Shown piece after piece: positions 20,397 to 30,343 of a DNA stretch of 64,000 nt. The stretch's first letter is position 1. Every line of letters starts with the position of its first letter. Under the pieces are notes generated by a model that searched no databases, had not been told where the DNA came from, and was given only the letters and a program-made list of their open reading frames with translations. Source of the stretch: a virus (Duplodnaviria > Heunggongvirae > Uroviricota > Caudoviricetes); IMG/VR virus record IMGVR_UViG_3300033068_001142, positions 112,262-176,261 of that record. The stretch is one strand, 5' to 3'. The position numbers and the translations under genes were made by a program.

Positions 20397-23300
20397 ATGG
20401 GATGCTCAGCACAAGACCAAATAAGAGGGTATAAAGAAGTTCATAAAAAAATTACTGAACTTAACCCTAAAGTAGATAAAATTAGATTGCAGTTTGCAAT
20501 TAATGATTACTGGTTAAACTTAAAAGATAATATTATGAACAGTCATGAAAAAGATGTATATAAAAAATTAGTTGAGCAAACAGATGGTGTAATTAGTATT
20601 AGTCATAGTGATACAAAACAAACTAATACACCATTAGTATTCGTTAAAGAAATTGGTAATGAGTATGTAGTTTACTTAGATAATGGACAGAATTATACAT
20701 TTGAAAAAGGTAAAGTTAAAAGTAAGACAACTGCTTCTGGTAGAAGTGTGTTGCTTCCTTCAATGGAATTAACTAAGTACTTAACTAAAGAGCCAGAAGG
20801 AGAACTGTACTCAAAAGGTAGTACTAGTAAGGCTGATACGAAGTATGAAGAGTATGCTAAAATAATTGAAGATACTGTAAAAAGTATATCAAATATAATT
20901 GTTAGGAAAGATGATGGTTTAATAGTTAGAGAATTACTAGAAGGTGTTGGTAGTTTTATAGCTGGAAAGTTTGAAGAGAAAAAGGGTATTATTAGAGTAG
21001 CTGACATCCCAAGCAAAGAGAAAACAAATAAAATAGTTATTGATTACCTTGAGAAATTGTACATGGATGAAATATCAGATTTGGATTTATCAGATGAAGA
21101 ACTAATTGAGTACATAAAGAAAGATCCAAAGCGTAATAAGTATAATGAAGTGCAAGAAGCATACTCTGAAGCAGTCCAAGAGAAAGCGACAGAGTTTCAT
21201 AGTAAACTAAATTTAAATGCTGCTCAGTTACATGAGTTTATTCACGCAGGTGCTCATGTATTCATGAAAAATAATCCAAACGCACCAGAGACTAAAAGAA
21301 TTGAAGAGTTGTATAAAAAAGTACAAAGTACTAGATATAACCATATATTCTCAAAAGCATTAGGTGATGAACAATATTGGAGATCAAACATTGATGAGTT
21401 CATAGCTGAAGCACTAAGCAATCCAGAATTTATGGTAGCCTTGAATAGTATTCCAGTAAAAGAAATGGATAGACTAAGTACTGTGTTTAAAGAGCTAGTT
21501 GACACACTAATGAAAATACTGGGGTTCAAAAATGAAGATACAGTTTACAAATACTTATTAGATGGGTTTATGGCTATCGTTGAGAGTCAGCAAAGAATAA
21601 CTGAAGAAGAAAGAAGTATGGTACATCCTCGTAACTCAAAAGATGCTATTAACCTAAAAGAAGAATTAGATAGAGTACTAGGCAGTAAAGAAGAACCTAA
21701 AAAGAAAATAAACTGGAATGATTTTGAACGAGTTGAAAAAACTGTTCATAAGAATGTAGAAAGTATGCAAAAGTTACTAGAAGAATTACATGTGTTGGGT
21801 GGTAAGAAAGAAAGTGATTCTCACTTAAAGTATTTAAAAGATTTGATTGGTAGCTTAGATCAAGATTTCTTAACTAATATGAATGTGTATATTACAACTA
21901 AAGCTAAAGCATCTGCAGGTATGTTAGATAGAAGTTCAATGGGATTATGGATATCTAAGGCTGGTAAACTAGCTGGTAATCAACAAAGTGAAGCAGAAAT
22001 ATATGCTCATGAAGTTATTCATAGTTATGTTAGATATGCATTTGACTTAGCTAATAAGGGAAATATTGAAGCTAGAAAAATTGTGAGAGAATTAGAGTAT
22101 GTACTAAATACTGCTAGAAAGAATACTAAATGGCAAGATTTATTACCAAAAGAAAGTATAGATAGTAAGTTAGAAGAGAAGAATGCTAAAGAAATGTATG
22201 ATTACATATTTAATAGTAAACATGCAGAAGAAGAGTTCATATCACATGTATTAACTAATCCAATAGTTATGGAAGTTGTTAAGAATATTCAAGTAAAAGA
22301 GAAGGAGAAAGTAACTACGTTAGGTGCTAGAATTAAGAAATTATTTCAAACGATTATGGATTTACTATCAGGAAATTACGAGTTTAAAGATAGAGATAAA
22401 AATGTATATGAAGCCACTAGAGATTTGACTTTCAGATTAGCTGAGTATAATAATAAAGCAGTAGTTGAACGAAGAAAAAATATAAATGTAATGGAAAAAG
22501 TTACACAGTTCATAAATAGTACTGATGAAAAAGCTGGAGAAGTATTAGAAGATTTCATTAATAAACATGTACCAAAAGATGTTGCAGGTAAGAAACCAAA
22601 AGAACCACTAGCAAAAGCTAAATGGATGACACAAGTATTGACTAATATGATAGTTAACCCAGTGTATAGAAATCAATTGAGTAAGTTAGCTACGGTGTAT
22701 GGAATGCCTCCTGAAGGAACATTACAAACAATAATGAGAGATTTCACAGACCAAGATGACTTAAGTAAGACTGTGGATTTCCTAGCACTAGGTTCAGATA
22801 GAATTGATGGATTCAAGATGTCACTGTTAGGTACAATGAAACAAGCAGTTGAGACTGGGTTTAAAGAGAAATTGACTAAAGCTCAGAAGAAGTCATTGAC
22901 TAGAGTAATAATGGATACTGATTTCGAGATATTAGAGAAGAAGTATTCTACAAATGACCTAAGAAGATTATTGAAAGATAAAGATTACTTAGAAACTCAG
23001 ATAGGAAGAATTAAGCATAAGCTAGAGAAGAATGAGGGTGACAAAGCTAATTACTACAAATCACAAGCTACAAGCTTAGGTTACTACTTAGCAACTGGTA
23101 AAGCAAATATTGCACTAGGATTTAATGCACTGAACATCGCTAGAGGATTAATGACAAATGATTACAAGTCTCCTAGTAAAGAGTTAGTAAATGATATTGA
23201 TGTGCTAGCTACATTAGTTGCGTTGAAATATACAGATAGTTCACATAAGCTAGAAGTTGAGAAATTAATGAGAAGTGAGAGTAAGACACAGCTTAATAAG

Positions 23301-25247
23301 GGTGTCAAGAACTTAATTGAGATTGCTAGAAATTTAAAGAAAGAAGCTAAAAATAGTTTATTCCTGGACAGTAGCACGCACATAGTAAAAGGGTATACGA
23401 AAGAAGTATTCGATGATAGAATAACAATGGAGATAGATACAATTGCTAATGAGCAAGAGATGAAATCAAGAGGGTTTAAATTAGTTAAAAAATTAGATAA
23501 GAATCCTGCAGATACTTCACCACAAGAGTTTGGAATGTATGTATCGGAGTCATTCACGACATCAGATTGGCTAAGAACATCAGCTAGATTAACTAAAATG
23601 CACTCAAAGGGTACAAGCTTAAAAGATTTAATGTATGCGTCTGAAGATCAGTATGCTGGGATAAAACATAAAATTATTAAGACTAACTTAGATACTGAGA
23701 GAATTAAGTTGATTAAAAAGATGATGAAGGGTGAGTTTGATGTAACTAAAGTTGACTACGGGGTTGCTCCGGTATTAGACCAGGATGGGGCAGTAGTTGA
23801 TTATAGATATATGATGGACAAACAATCTAAGGAAGATTACTTAGGTATGGGAACAGATGTAGCAGATATTGTAGCGAGAACTAAAGCACAGATATTTGAT
23901 AAAACATCAACTAAACAACATAATGATAAGTTATTAGATATAATTAAAAAAGATGCTGAAGAAAATTACAATGATGGTTTAGTTACTGGAAAGAATGATA
24001 AACAATATATATTAATTAGTCCAGATTCAAATGATGAAAAAATTAAAGACTTATGGAATGTACTTCCAAAGAATTTCAAAGAAGAAGCAATGAATAGTGA
24101 GTACAAAGGTTTGCCGGTTAGACGAGATCTAATGAGTGCATACTTCGGATATAGACATTTAAGTGTAACTGATATTCCTATCTTAAAAGATATTACTCCT
24201 GCAATTATTAAGAATGCTGTTAAGTTAGCTGAAACGATTTGGATGGAATTCATCAAAATGGCTAAAGCCGATGTATTAATTAAAATGCCATTCGTGTTAG
24301 TTGGGAATATTATTAGTAATATTGTGTATGCAATTAATACAGGGACAAATCCAGCTGAGATTGGTAGAATGTATTTAGAGAGTACAAGAGAAGTTAGAAC
24401 TTATCTTAGAAAGCATAGAGAGTTAGTTGAGTTACAAATAGCTAAAGATACTGGAAATATTCAGAAGAAAGATATTGGAAGAATTCCATCACTAGAAAGA
24501 GAATTAAGGAATAGTCCAATTCATGAATTATATGAACTTGGGATTTATCAAGCTATCGTTGAAGATGTCAACAAAGATGAGTACACAGGAACTAATAGAA
24601 TTAGTAAATGGTATAAAGATAAAACTGAAAATATGCCTCAGATACTGAAAGATGGTGTAAATTGGATGTACTTGACGGAAGATACTGCTTATTATAAGTT
24701 CATGCAAGAAGTAATGCAAATGAGTGACTTAATTGCAAGAGATGTTGAGAATAGAAAACTAAAGAATATTACTGAACAACAAATTAATGGTAAGATGAAG
24801 ATTCCTAAATGGTTTACAGAGAAGTATCCTGAAACTAAAGGAAGAAAACTTACTAAGGGTGAAATGAATACATTTAAACAAGAGTCTGATAAAAAAAGAC
24901 TAGATACAATATTAAATGCATTTATCAACTATAATAAACCTTCGGGTTCGTTAGAAGAGTATTTGAATAGAGTTGGTTTGATTATGTTTACTAAGTATGC
25001 AAAAAGAATCCAATTACAAATTGCTAAAACAGGAACGAAATATCCGATAAAAACATTGATGGTTGTCTTAGGGCAATCACTGTTTATAGATTTCGAATCA
25101 ATCCAAGATCAATCAGTACTTACAAGAAGTTGGTATAATTTAGGGTTTGGTCAAGGAGACTTGTTACCAGGTAAAAGCTTATGGGAGTATATTGAACATG
25201 AGTTCACTCCTCCAATCTTCAGACCTACTACGTATAAACTATTTTAG
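20397..25247 (+). CDS. Separately encoded C-terminal part of the virion RNAP, with two zincin-like HExxH motifs
   Basis: 1616 aa; starts 4 nt after the vRNAP stop; LHEFIHAG and AHEVIHSY each followed by a downstream E-F motif; size matches the C-terminal region of giant N4-type vRNAPs. Confidence 0.65.
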   Translation: MGCSAQDQIRGYKEVHKKITELNPKVDKIRLQFAINDYWLNLKDNIMNSHEKDVYKKLVEQTDGVISISHSDTKQTNTPLVFVKEIGNEYVVYLDNGQNYTFEKGKVKSKTTASGRSVLLPSMELTKYLTKEPEGELYSKGSTSKADTKYEEYAKIIEDTVKSISNIIVRKDDGLIVRELLEGVGSFIAGKFEEKKGIIRVADIPSKEKTNKIVIDYLEKLYMDEISDLDLSDEELIEYIKKDPKRNKYNEVQEAYSEAVQEKATEFHSKLNLNAAQLHEFIHAGAHVFMKNNPNAPETKRIEELYKKVQSTRYNHIFSKALGDEQYWRSNIDEFIAEALSNPEFMVALNSIPVKEMDRLSTVFKELVDTLMKILGFKNEDTVYKYLLDGFMAIVESQQRITEEERSMVHPRNSKDAINLKEELDRVLGSKEEPKKKINWNDFERVEKTVHKNVESMQKLLEELHVLGGKKESDSHLKYLKDLIGSLDQDFLTNMNVYITTKAKASAGMLDRSSMGLWISKAGKLAGNQQSEAEIYAHEVIHSYVRYAFDLANKGNIEARKIVRELEYVLNTARKNTKWQDLLPKESIDSKLEEKNAKEMYDYIFNSKHAEEEFISHVLTNPIVMEVVKNIQVKEKEKVTTLGARIKKLFQTIMDLLSGNYEFKDRDKNVYEATRDLTFRLAEYNNKAVVERRKNINVMEKVTQFINSTDEKAGEVLEDFINKHVPKDVAGKKPKEPLAKAKWMTQVLTNMIVNPVYRNQLSKLATVYGMPPEGTLQTIMRDFTDQDDLSKTVDFLALGSDRIDGFKMSLLGTMKQAVETGFKEKLTKAQKKSLTRVIMDTDFEILEKKYSTNDLRRLLKDKDYLETQIGRIKHKLEKNEGDKANYYKSQATSLGYYLATGKANIALGFNALNIARGLMTNDYKSPSKELVNDIDVLATLVALKYTDSSHKLEVEKLMRSESKTQLNKGVKNLIEIARNLKKEAKNSLFLDSSTHIVKGYTKEVFDDRITMEIDTIANEQEMKSRGFKLVKKLDKNPADTSPQEFGMYVSESFTTSDWLRTSARLTKMHSKGTSLKDLMYASEDQYAGIKHKIIKTNLDTERIKLIKKMMKGEFDVTKVDYGVAPVLDQDGAVVDYRYMMDKQSKEDYLGMGTDVADIVARTKAQIFDKTSTKQHNDKLLDIIKKDAEENYNDGLVTGKNDKQYILISPDSNDEKIKDLWNVLPKNFKEEAMNSEYKGLPVRRDLMSAYFGYRHLSVTDIPILKDITPAIIKNAVKLAETIWMEFIKMAKADVLIKMPFVLVGNIISNIVYAINTGTNPAEIGRMYLESTREVRTYLRKHRELVELQIAKDTGNIQKKDIGRIPSLERELRNSPIHELYELGIYQAIVEDVNKDEYTGTNRISKWYKDKTENMPQILKDGVNWMYLTEDTAYYKFMQEVMQMSDLIARDVENRKLKNITEQQINGKMKIPKWFTEKYPETKGRKLTKGEMNTFKQESDKKRLDTILNAFINYNKPSGSLEEYLNRVGLIMFTKYAKRIQLQIAKTGTKYPIKTLMVVLGQSLFIDFESIQDQSVLTRSWYNLGFGQGDLLPGKSLWEYIEHEFTPPIFRPTTYKLF

Positions 25248-25394
25248 TTTCTTACGTAGTTTTGTAATAAAGTAGGCAATTATTGTTAAGAAAGTGATTA
25301 CTAGTACTATAACTAATACGTAGTAAAACATAACAGAAAGTATAGTAATTAGTATAAGAACTAAAGCAGTGACAATTGTTTTAAGAATGTCCAT
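25239..25394 (-). CDS. Small membrane protein (51 aa, not in ORF track)
   Basis: AAGGA RBS; MDILKTIVTALVLILITILSVMFYYVLVIVLVITFLTIIAYFITKLRKKLK. Confidence 0.5.
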   Translation of the reverse strand: MDILKTIVTALVLILITILSVMFYYVLVIVLVITFLTIIAYFITKLRKKLK

Positions 25395-25539
25395 ACTTCT
25401 TCCTTACATGCTCTGTAGCTCGTGTTAGCTTAGTCTTAACATGAGGTGCACTATCATTGTATTTCTTGATAATGTTATTTGTACTGTGTTCTGCTAAGCC
25501 CAGAATAGCACCTAAAAATGAAAATATAGTTTTTATCAT
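25381..25539 (-). CDS. Small hypothetical protein (52 aa, not in ORF track)
   Basis: MIKTIFSFLGAILGLAEHSTNNIIKKY...; overlaps both neighbours by a few bases. Confidence 0.4.
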   Translation of the reverse strand: MIKTIFSFLGAILGLAEHSTNNIIKKYNDSAPHVKTKLTRATEHVRKKYGHS

Positions 25540-25757
25540 AAAGATAACCTTGGTGGTGAAAAATATAAATAGATAGATAGCATTGCTGATCCTATCGTAC
25601 CTACTACTAAAGCTCCGTAAGAGCCACTAAATAAAATAGCTACAATGACTAGACATGTAAAGTCTAGTGTAGCATCTGCATAACGCTTTCGTTCAATCTT
25701 CCACTTAAGGAAGGCAATGTTGAAGAATAGCGCAATTCCAATAATTAAAAATTCCAT
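25536..25757 (-). CDS. Small membrane protein
   Basis: 73 aa with 2-3 hydrophobic helices; RBS AAGGAG. Confidence 0.55.
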   Translation of the reverse strand: MEFLIIGIALFFNIAFLKWKIERKRYADATLDFTCLVIVAILFSGSYGALVVGTIGSAMLSIYLYFSPPRLSL

Positions 25758-25809
25758 TGTTGCTCCTTATGTAGAAATAGGTGAATCCTCCGAAGAGGAC
25801 TCAGTATTA

Positions 25810-26058
25810 CTACTTACGTCTTGAATACTTGAATGTTGCTTTGTCTAATGCTTTCATAGAAAGTATAGATATTAATAAAACAATTCCAGCAAGGAACCCA
25901 ATACTAATATAAAGTATGAAAGAGTCCCAAGCAGATTGTGCTAAAGAAGCTCCGTTACTCCAAGTGTACAGGAAGAATCCTAGTGTTGTAATATTGTTTA
26001 AAGCTAATACAATTATTGAGCCATAGAAAAAAAAGAATAGTATGATATACATTATCAT
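25810..26058 (-). CDS. Small membrane protein
   Basis: 82 aa with hydrophobic segments. Confidence 0.5.
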   Translation of the reverse strand: MIMYIILFFFFYGSIIVLALNNITTLGFFLYTWSNGASLAQSAWDSFILYISIGFLAGIVLLISILSMKALDKATFKYSRRK

Positions 26059-26600
26059 AATGTTCTCCTATCAAGTAAAGCTTGAAGTTCAACTTCAGGT
26101 CCTACGAATCCTTCAGGTTTCATAAGTTTACCATGTTCGTCTTTCGGCATGCCTAGTTTAGCTAGGTTTGCATTCATAACGATTAACATAGCTTCTGATA
26201 ATTGAGCTGGAGTTAGTTTAAGTTTAGCTATTGATCCAACTGCAAATACAATTGCGTCACAAGCCTTGTCAAGTCTATCAACGTCTGATAATGAGTCTAC
26301 TTCATTACCATCCATAGCTAAGTTAACAATCGATCTAGCTAAGTCTTTTGGTGACTCAGATACGACTGTTACTCCGTAATCATTTCTTGATAACACTTTT
26401 CCTAATACTACTAAATCATTAAATCCTTCTAAGGCTTCTTCGATTTGAAATGAAGATTCTAAGAAGTCATTGTATGGTTTATCAAGTAGACCAGCTTTCT
26501 GATTGAATTCATAGATTTGATCTATGAAGTGTGGAAGTTTTACATAAGTTGTTACTCTTTGGGGTTTGTGTGAACTTTCTTCAAAGTTTTGCTGATCCAT
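26055..26600 (-). CDS. MazG-like / PRA-PH family nucleotide pyrophosphohydrolase
   Basis: IEEALE, DKACDAIVFAVG, IVMNANLAK and GKLMKPEGFVGP motifs. Confidence 0.65.
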   Translation of the reverse strand: MDQQNFEESSHKPQRVTTYVKLPHFIDQIYEFNQKAGLLDKPYNDFLESSFQIEEALEGFNDLVVLGKVLSRNDYGVTVVSESPKDLARSIVNLAMDGNEVDSLSDVDRLDKACDAIVFAVGSIAKLKLTPAQLSEAMLIVMNANLAKLGMPKDEHGKLMKPEGFVGPEVELQALLDRRTL

Positions 26601-26778
26601 CTGTTACTTTCCTTAAAATGTCGGATGTTGCTAATGAAATCATTGCAACTAATCCGTAGTATAGTCTCTCAGCTTCAGTAAGTTGGAGTAATCCAAGCCA
26701 TCCACCAAATATCATTATTAGAGATACCCAAATAATGATACTCCAAAAGTTTGTATTAAACCAATTTAAAAATTTCAT
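26581..26778 (-). CDS. Small membrane protein
   Basis: 65 aa with two hydrophobic helices. Confidence 0.45.
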   Translation of the reverse strand: MKFLNWFNTNFWSIIIWVSLIMIFGGWLGLLQLTEAERLYYGLVAMISLATSDILRKVTDGSAKL

Positions 26779-26883
26779 TGATTTTCCTAAATTTGAATTT
26801 TCGGATTATGATGCGTGCTGCTCCTACTCACCGAATAAGAGTAGTGCCCAGTGGGGAAAAAGTCTGGATATCCCACACGCTAA

Positions 26884-27501
26884 TTACTTGCTGTAGATTT
26901 TCTCAGCAAATTCAACAAGAGGTCCTCTAAGTACTTTAGTTAACTCACAAGCAAATAATTTGATTGAGTGTTCTGGTTCTTTCGCAGCTTTTAATAAACC
27001 TGATAAAGCATTAATGTACTTATTAGTGTAAAGGTTGTCTATCTGTCTGTTAGAACCGATACATACGACTTTACAGTCTTTATCTAATCTTGATAATATT
27101 AGTTGACCAGTACTGCTTGAACAGTTTTGGTATTCGTCTACTATTACGTATGCATTAGATATAGTTCTTCCTCTCATCTCCCCTACCCACATAGTTTGTA
27201 TATTGTATTCTGAAGTATAAGTAGCTACAAGTTCTTCGATTAATTCGTCAGTAACTTCAGATTTTGAGGCTTTAGTTTTGTTACTATTAGATTTAGTTAC
27301 GTTTGTACGAGCTATGAACCTAAGAGTGTCGTATAGTGGGTGGTTATAGATTTTGAATTTTTCTTCAAGACCTGGTAGAAATCCAACTTCCTCACCTTTC
27401 GCAGTTGATTCGATTGAGTTTCTGATGTAGATAATTTTAGAGTACTTCTTAGCTTTTACTAACTCCATTGCTGCAGTTAGTGCCATAAGTGTTTTACCTG
27501 A
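26884..27501 (-). CDS. phoH: PIN-PhoH protein, exon 2 (ATPase domain)
   Basis: Begins SGKTLMAL (completes Walker A); GEEVGFLPG, MRGRTISNAYVIVDEYQN, IGSNRQID. Confidence 0.85.
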   Translation of the reverse strand, partial: SGKTLMALTAAMELVKAKKYSKIIYIRNSIESTAKGEEVGFLPGLEEKFKIYNHPLYDTLRFIARTNVTKSNSNKTKASKSEVTDELIEELVATYTSEYNIQTMWVGEMRGRTISNAYVIVDEYQNCSSSTGQLILSRLDKDCKVVCIGSNRQIDNLYTNKYINALSGLLKAAKEPEHSIKLFACELTKVLRGPLVEFAEKIYSK

Positions 27502-28481
27502 CTATGTTTGTTAACGTAAAGGTCGTTAAGCTTTACGGACTTGATATTACAAGTCTCTATATGTTTCCATATAGTACTGACTATATCTTCATCTTACGTT
27601 GTTTGAATGAACATTCTTTACACATTTTAGCATTTTTTCTAATATTAGCTAAAGTGTTAGAGGTAATGTTTCCACAGGAACACTTACATACAAGTTTGAA
27701 TCTAGGGGTTTTTAAAGTTTTGTCATAAAAGAAATCAACCACAGTTAGTTCCTCTATAGTAGTTCCTATATATGACCTCCAAAGATCTATAGAAGCTTCA
27801 GTGATAAGTGCACCAGCAGCTTTACCACCAAGCCGACGAATCTCATCTTGTCTACCTTGATCACTTGAGTGTTTCATGTTTTCAGTTTGATTACACCATT
27901 CTAGGTTTGTTACAGCGTTGTTAAGACCATTGTTATCAATGTGGTTAACAAAAGGCTTAGCTTCAGGATTTGGTATAAATGCTTGAGCTACAAGACGATG
28001 AACTTGAAAACGTTTTGTCTTACCTTCTTTTGATAGTGTAACTCTAGCGTAACTAGTATGTGTATGTGTTTTAATATCGTATTTAAGTACTCTAGTTCTA
28101 TTGCCATTTCCGTCACCTTTAGGTAGTGATACTACAGTACCCAAGTTAGAGATTTGATATAGGCCTTCGTAGCCTACGATGTCTGTAAATATTTCATTCA
28201 TATGTTTTCCCTTATATTGATTTTGCGTTATTATAGCATAAATCAAAAGGGAAGTCAAGTAAGATGCCTCCCATTTCCAGCCTACTTAGACTGTACTCCT
28301 TACGGATAGTCGATGAACGTTCACCTGCACGGTGCTTCGCTGCTGATTTCCCAATACTTTCTATTTTTAAACATTCACGTTTACCATTTCTAGTTACGTT
28401 GTAGTTAGTAAGTCTTATGGGGGTCCCAGCAATTAGAGAGGTTACGGCTGTATATTACTACACAGCTAGGCTCGATTAAAA
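27502..28481 (-). mobile_element. Group I intron (980 nt) in phoH at Walker A, with HNH ORF in the P8 loop
   Basis: 5' exon ends in U (GCTGGT), intron ends in G; P AATTGCTGGGA, Q AATCAGCAGC, R TCATCGACTAT, S AAGATATAGTC; IGS GCC-AGC pairs with the exon; splicing restores EAKAG|SGKTL. Confidence 0.9.
27581..28201 (-). CDS. NUMOD4-HNH homing endonuclease (intron-encoded)
   Basis: GYEGLYQISNLG, VHRLVAQAF, VNHIDNNGLNNAVTNLEW; probable start MNEIF at 28201; stop lies inside the S element. Confidence 0.85.
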   Translation of the reverse strand: MNEIFTDIVGYEGLYQISNLGTVVSLPKGDGNGNRTRVLKYDIKTHTHTSYARVTLSKEGKTKRFQVHRLVAQAFIPNPEAKPFVNHIDNNGLNNAVTNLEWCNQTENMKHSSDQGRQDEIRRLGGKAAGALITEASIDLWRSYIGTTIEELTVVDFFYDKTLKTPRFKLVCKCSCGNITSNTLANIRKNAKMCKECSFKQRKMKI

Positions 28482-29261
28482 ACCAGCTTTCGCCTCACAG
28501 GCAACTAAATTGTAGTGTTGATCAAGTAATGCGGATAAAAAGAATAGTTGTTCCTTATTAAGCGCCTTGATTGTTCTGTTATTTAATTTGTCATCTAATG
28601 GTACAAATTTTCCATTTTGAACAGTTCCTAAGAAATGCCTACCAGTTTCCTTCTCTAGTATAGTATAACTATAATTTTCAGGTTGATGGTTTGGATCTAA
28701 TTTTGTTATTGGTACGTTGTCTAATTTTACTATATTTTCTAATTCTATTGTCTTATGAAAACTAAAAGATAGTTCTTTGTCTTTCCCATGTAAATAATCT
28801 GTTGGTAAATCTAGAGTTAAAGATCTAGTTCTACACATAATATCTAATGAGATAAATTTACAATCTAGTTGTGGACAAGCTGTGATGTAATCTTTAGCTA
28901 ATTCGAGAATTTTTCTATCGTTGAGAATATTAACTGCGATGTTTGAAGCTTCACAGTTATATTTTTCTTTTGTTAGGATTAATAGATCTACATTAGAGTT
29001 ACTTAGTTTGACTAAGAAACCCATAAGTGAGTCTGTTATGTTAGATTTAGCTTGGATTATTTCACTGTCTTCTAATAGTCTAGCGAATTGTCTTGCGTTG
29101 AAATTGATTTCTTCGAAACCAGATTTCTTAGCATCTAATTCGTCTATTACTATCTCAGGAATAACTAGTAAGTTAGTCCCGTCTTCAGATAGTTTGTAGA
29201 TGTTGTCTACACTATCAAGGATTACGTTAGTATCAAGGATATAAGCTTTGTGTGAGTTCAT
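28482..29261 (-). CDS. phoH: PIN-PhoH protein, exon 1 (PIN domain and start of ATPase)
   Basis: YILDTNVILD, VIDELD, NDRKIL, FISLDIMCR PIN motifs; LNKEQ Q-motif; probable start MNSHK at 29261. Confidence 0.85.
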
Positions 29262-29262
29262 C

Positions 29263-29532
29263 TTATACCTCTGATTTTCTTGGTCTTCCTCTTCGTACTG
29301 TAGGAGTTGATGGAACATTTTTAGTAGTAATAGGTAAGTCTGAAGGAGTGTCGATTTTACACTGTTTTGTATTCCATCTAGCTAAGACTTCATCTTTACC
29401 CATCCAAATGTCTTTACCATTGATTACTTGCGTCATTTCTTTATCTGTAAGGAAACTTTTGTAGATAGTTCTGAATGCAGCATTTAATTCTCTATCAGTA
29501 TGTTCTTGATATGATTTTAACTCATGACCTTT
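29263..29532 (-). CDS. ClpP-like protease, exon 2 (89 aa, not in ORF track)
   Basis: Reads KGHELKSYQEHTDRELNAAF...INGKDIWMAKDEVLARW..., supplying the ClpP Asp region. Confidence 0.8.
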   Translation of the reverse strand, partial: KGHELKSYQEHTDRELNAAFRTIYKSFLTDKEMTQVINGKDIWMGKDEVLARWNTKQCKIDTPSDLPITTKNVPSTPTVRRGRPRKSEV

Positions 29533-30343
29533 CGTTTGTGTTCGATAAAAGACGCAACTCTTTTATCCGGTACGTAACCAGCTATACATTACTGTATAGA
29601 CCAGACTATATCAAAATCCTATTAGGATCTTCACTTTTTCCACACTCATTAGCTTAGTGTGTACTCCCTTTAATGGCTTACGGGATAGTCGTTAGGCTTT
29701 TATAATTTCCATGTGTAATACTGAAATTGTTTTCTAATTCAACTTTACGTCTAGCTTCTGCTGCTTCTTCAATAGTATTAAAAATACCAATATGATGTTT
29801 AACACCATTAATATTAATACGTGCTCTCCACTTATTTCCATGAGCTGTTACTCCATGAAATCCAGATTTATTATTCTTATAAATAGATTGGTTTTTACTA
29901 TTTGTAGAAGCCGTAGCTTCAATTAGATTGTTTAGTTTATTATTAGTTCTGTCATGATCTTTATGGTCGATTTGATACTTAGGAAAATATCCATAAGTGT
30001 ATAACCATACTAATCTATGAGCTTTATACTCAGTTTTATTTATAACTATTCTTATATACCCTTGATCAGGTAAGATTCCTGCGATTGTTCCAGCAGTTTG
30101 TCCTTTATATTTTCCATGTAACCATGTAAATAAACCTGTTTCTGGGTTATAAGCTAATTTTAGTTTAAGTTGTTCTTGTGTCATGTAATATCCTTATTTT
30201 TTATAATTATATCATGTCCCTTCTTAAACCATACTTAGAAATTAATTTAGCACGGTAAATTGTCCTCAGCATTACCTGGTAGGAGTTCTTCCGTTTAAAT
30301 GAATTTTGATAACAAATTACTTTGTTAAAAGGCTATGTAGTCA
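29533..30343 (-). mobile_element. Group I intron (811 nt) in the clpP-like gene, with HNH-AP2 ORF
   Basis: Exon ends GCAGGT, IGS GCCT, R ACGACTAT, S GATATAGTCT, terminal G; splicing gives HNYSTGMAG|KGHEL. Confidence 0.88.
29678..30184 (-). CDS. HNH-AP2 homing endonuclease (intron-encoded)
   Basis: AHRLVWLY, IDHKDHDRTNNKLNNL; AP2-like NKSGFHGV...WRARI; C-terminus reads through the R element. Confidence 0.85.
   Translation of the reverse strand: MTQEQLKLKLAYNPETGLFTWLHGKYKGQTAGTIAGILPDQGYIRIVINKTEYKAHRLVWLYTYGYFPKYQIDHKDHDRTNNKLNNLIEATASTNSKNQSIYKNNKSGFHGVTAHGNKWRARININGVKHHIGIFNTIEEAAEARRKVELENNFSITHGNYKSLTTIP

Noticed and set aside
135-24928. Minus-strand ORFs opposite the structural genes (e.g. 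135-536, 14473-15315) and plus-strand ORFs opposite the replication genes
   Set aside because: Ser/Leu-rich shadow frames of strongly biased coding strands, with no RBS or motifs.
26822-26880. GC-rich hairpins downstream of phoH (CTACTC/GAGTAG, GTGGG/CCCAC) as a novel ncRNA
   Set aside because: Short stems with no associated promoter; adequately explained as terminator or mRNA-stability elements.
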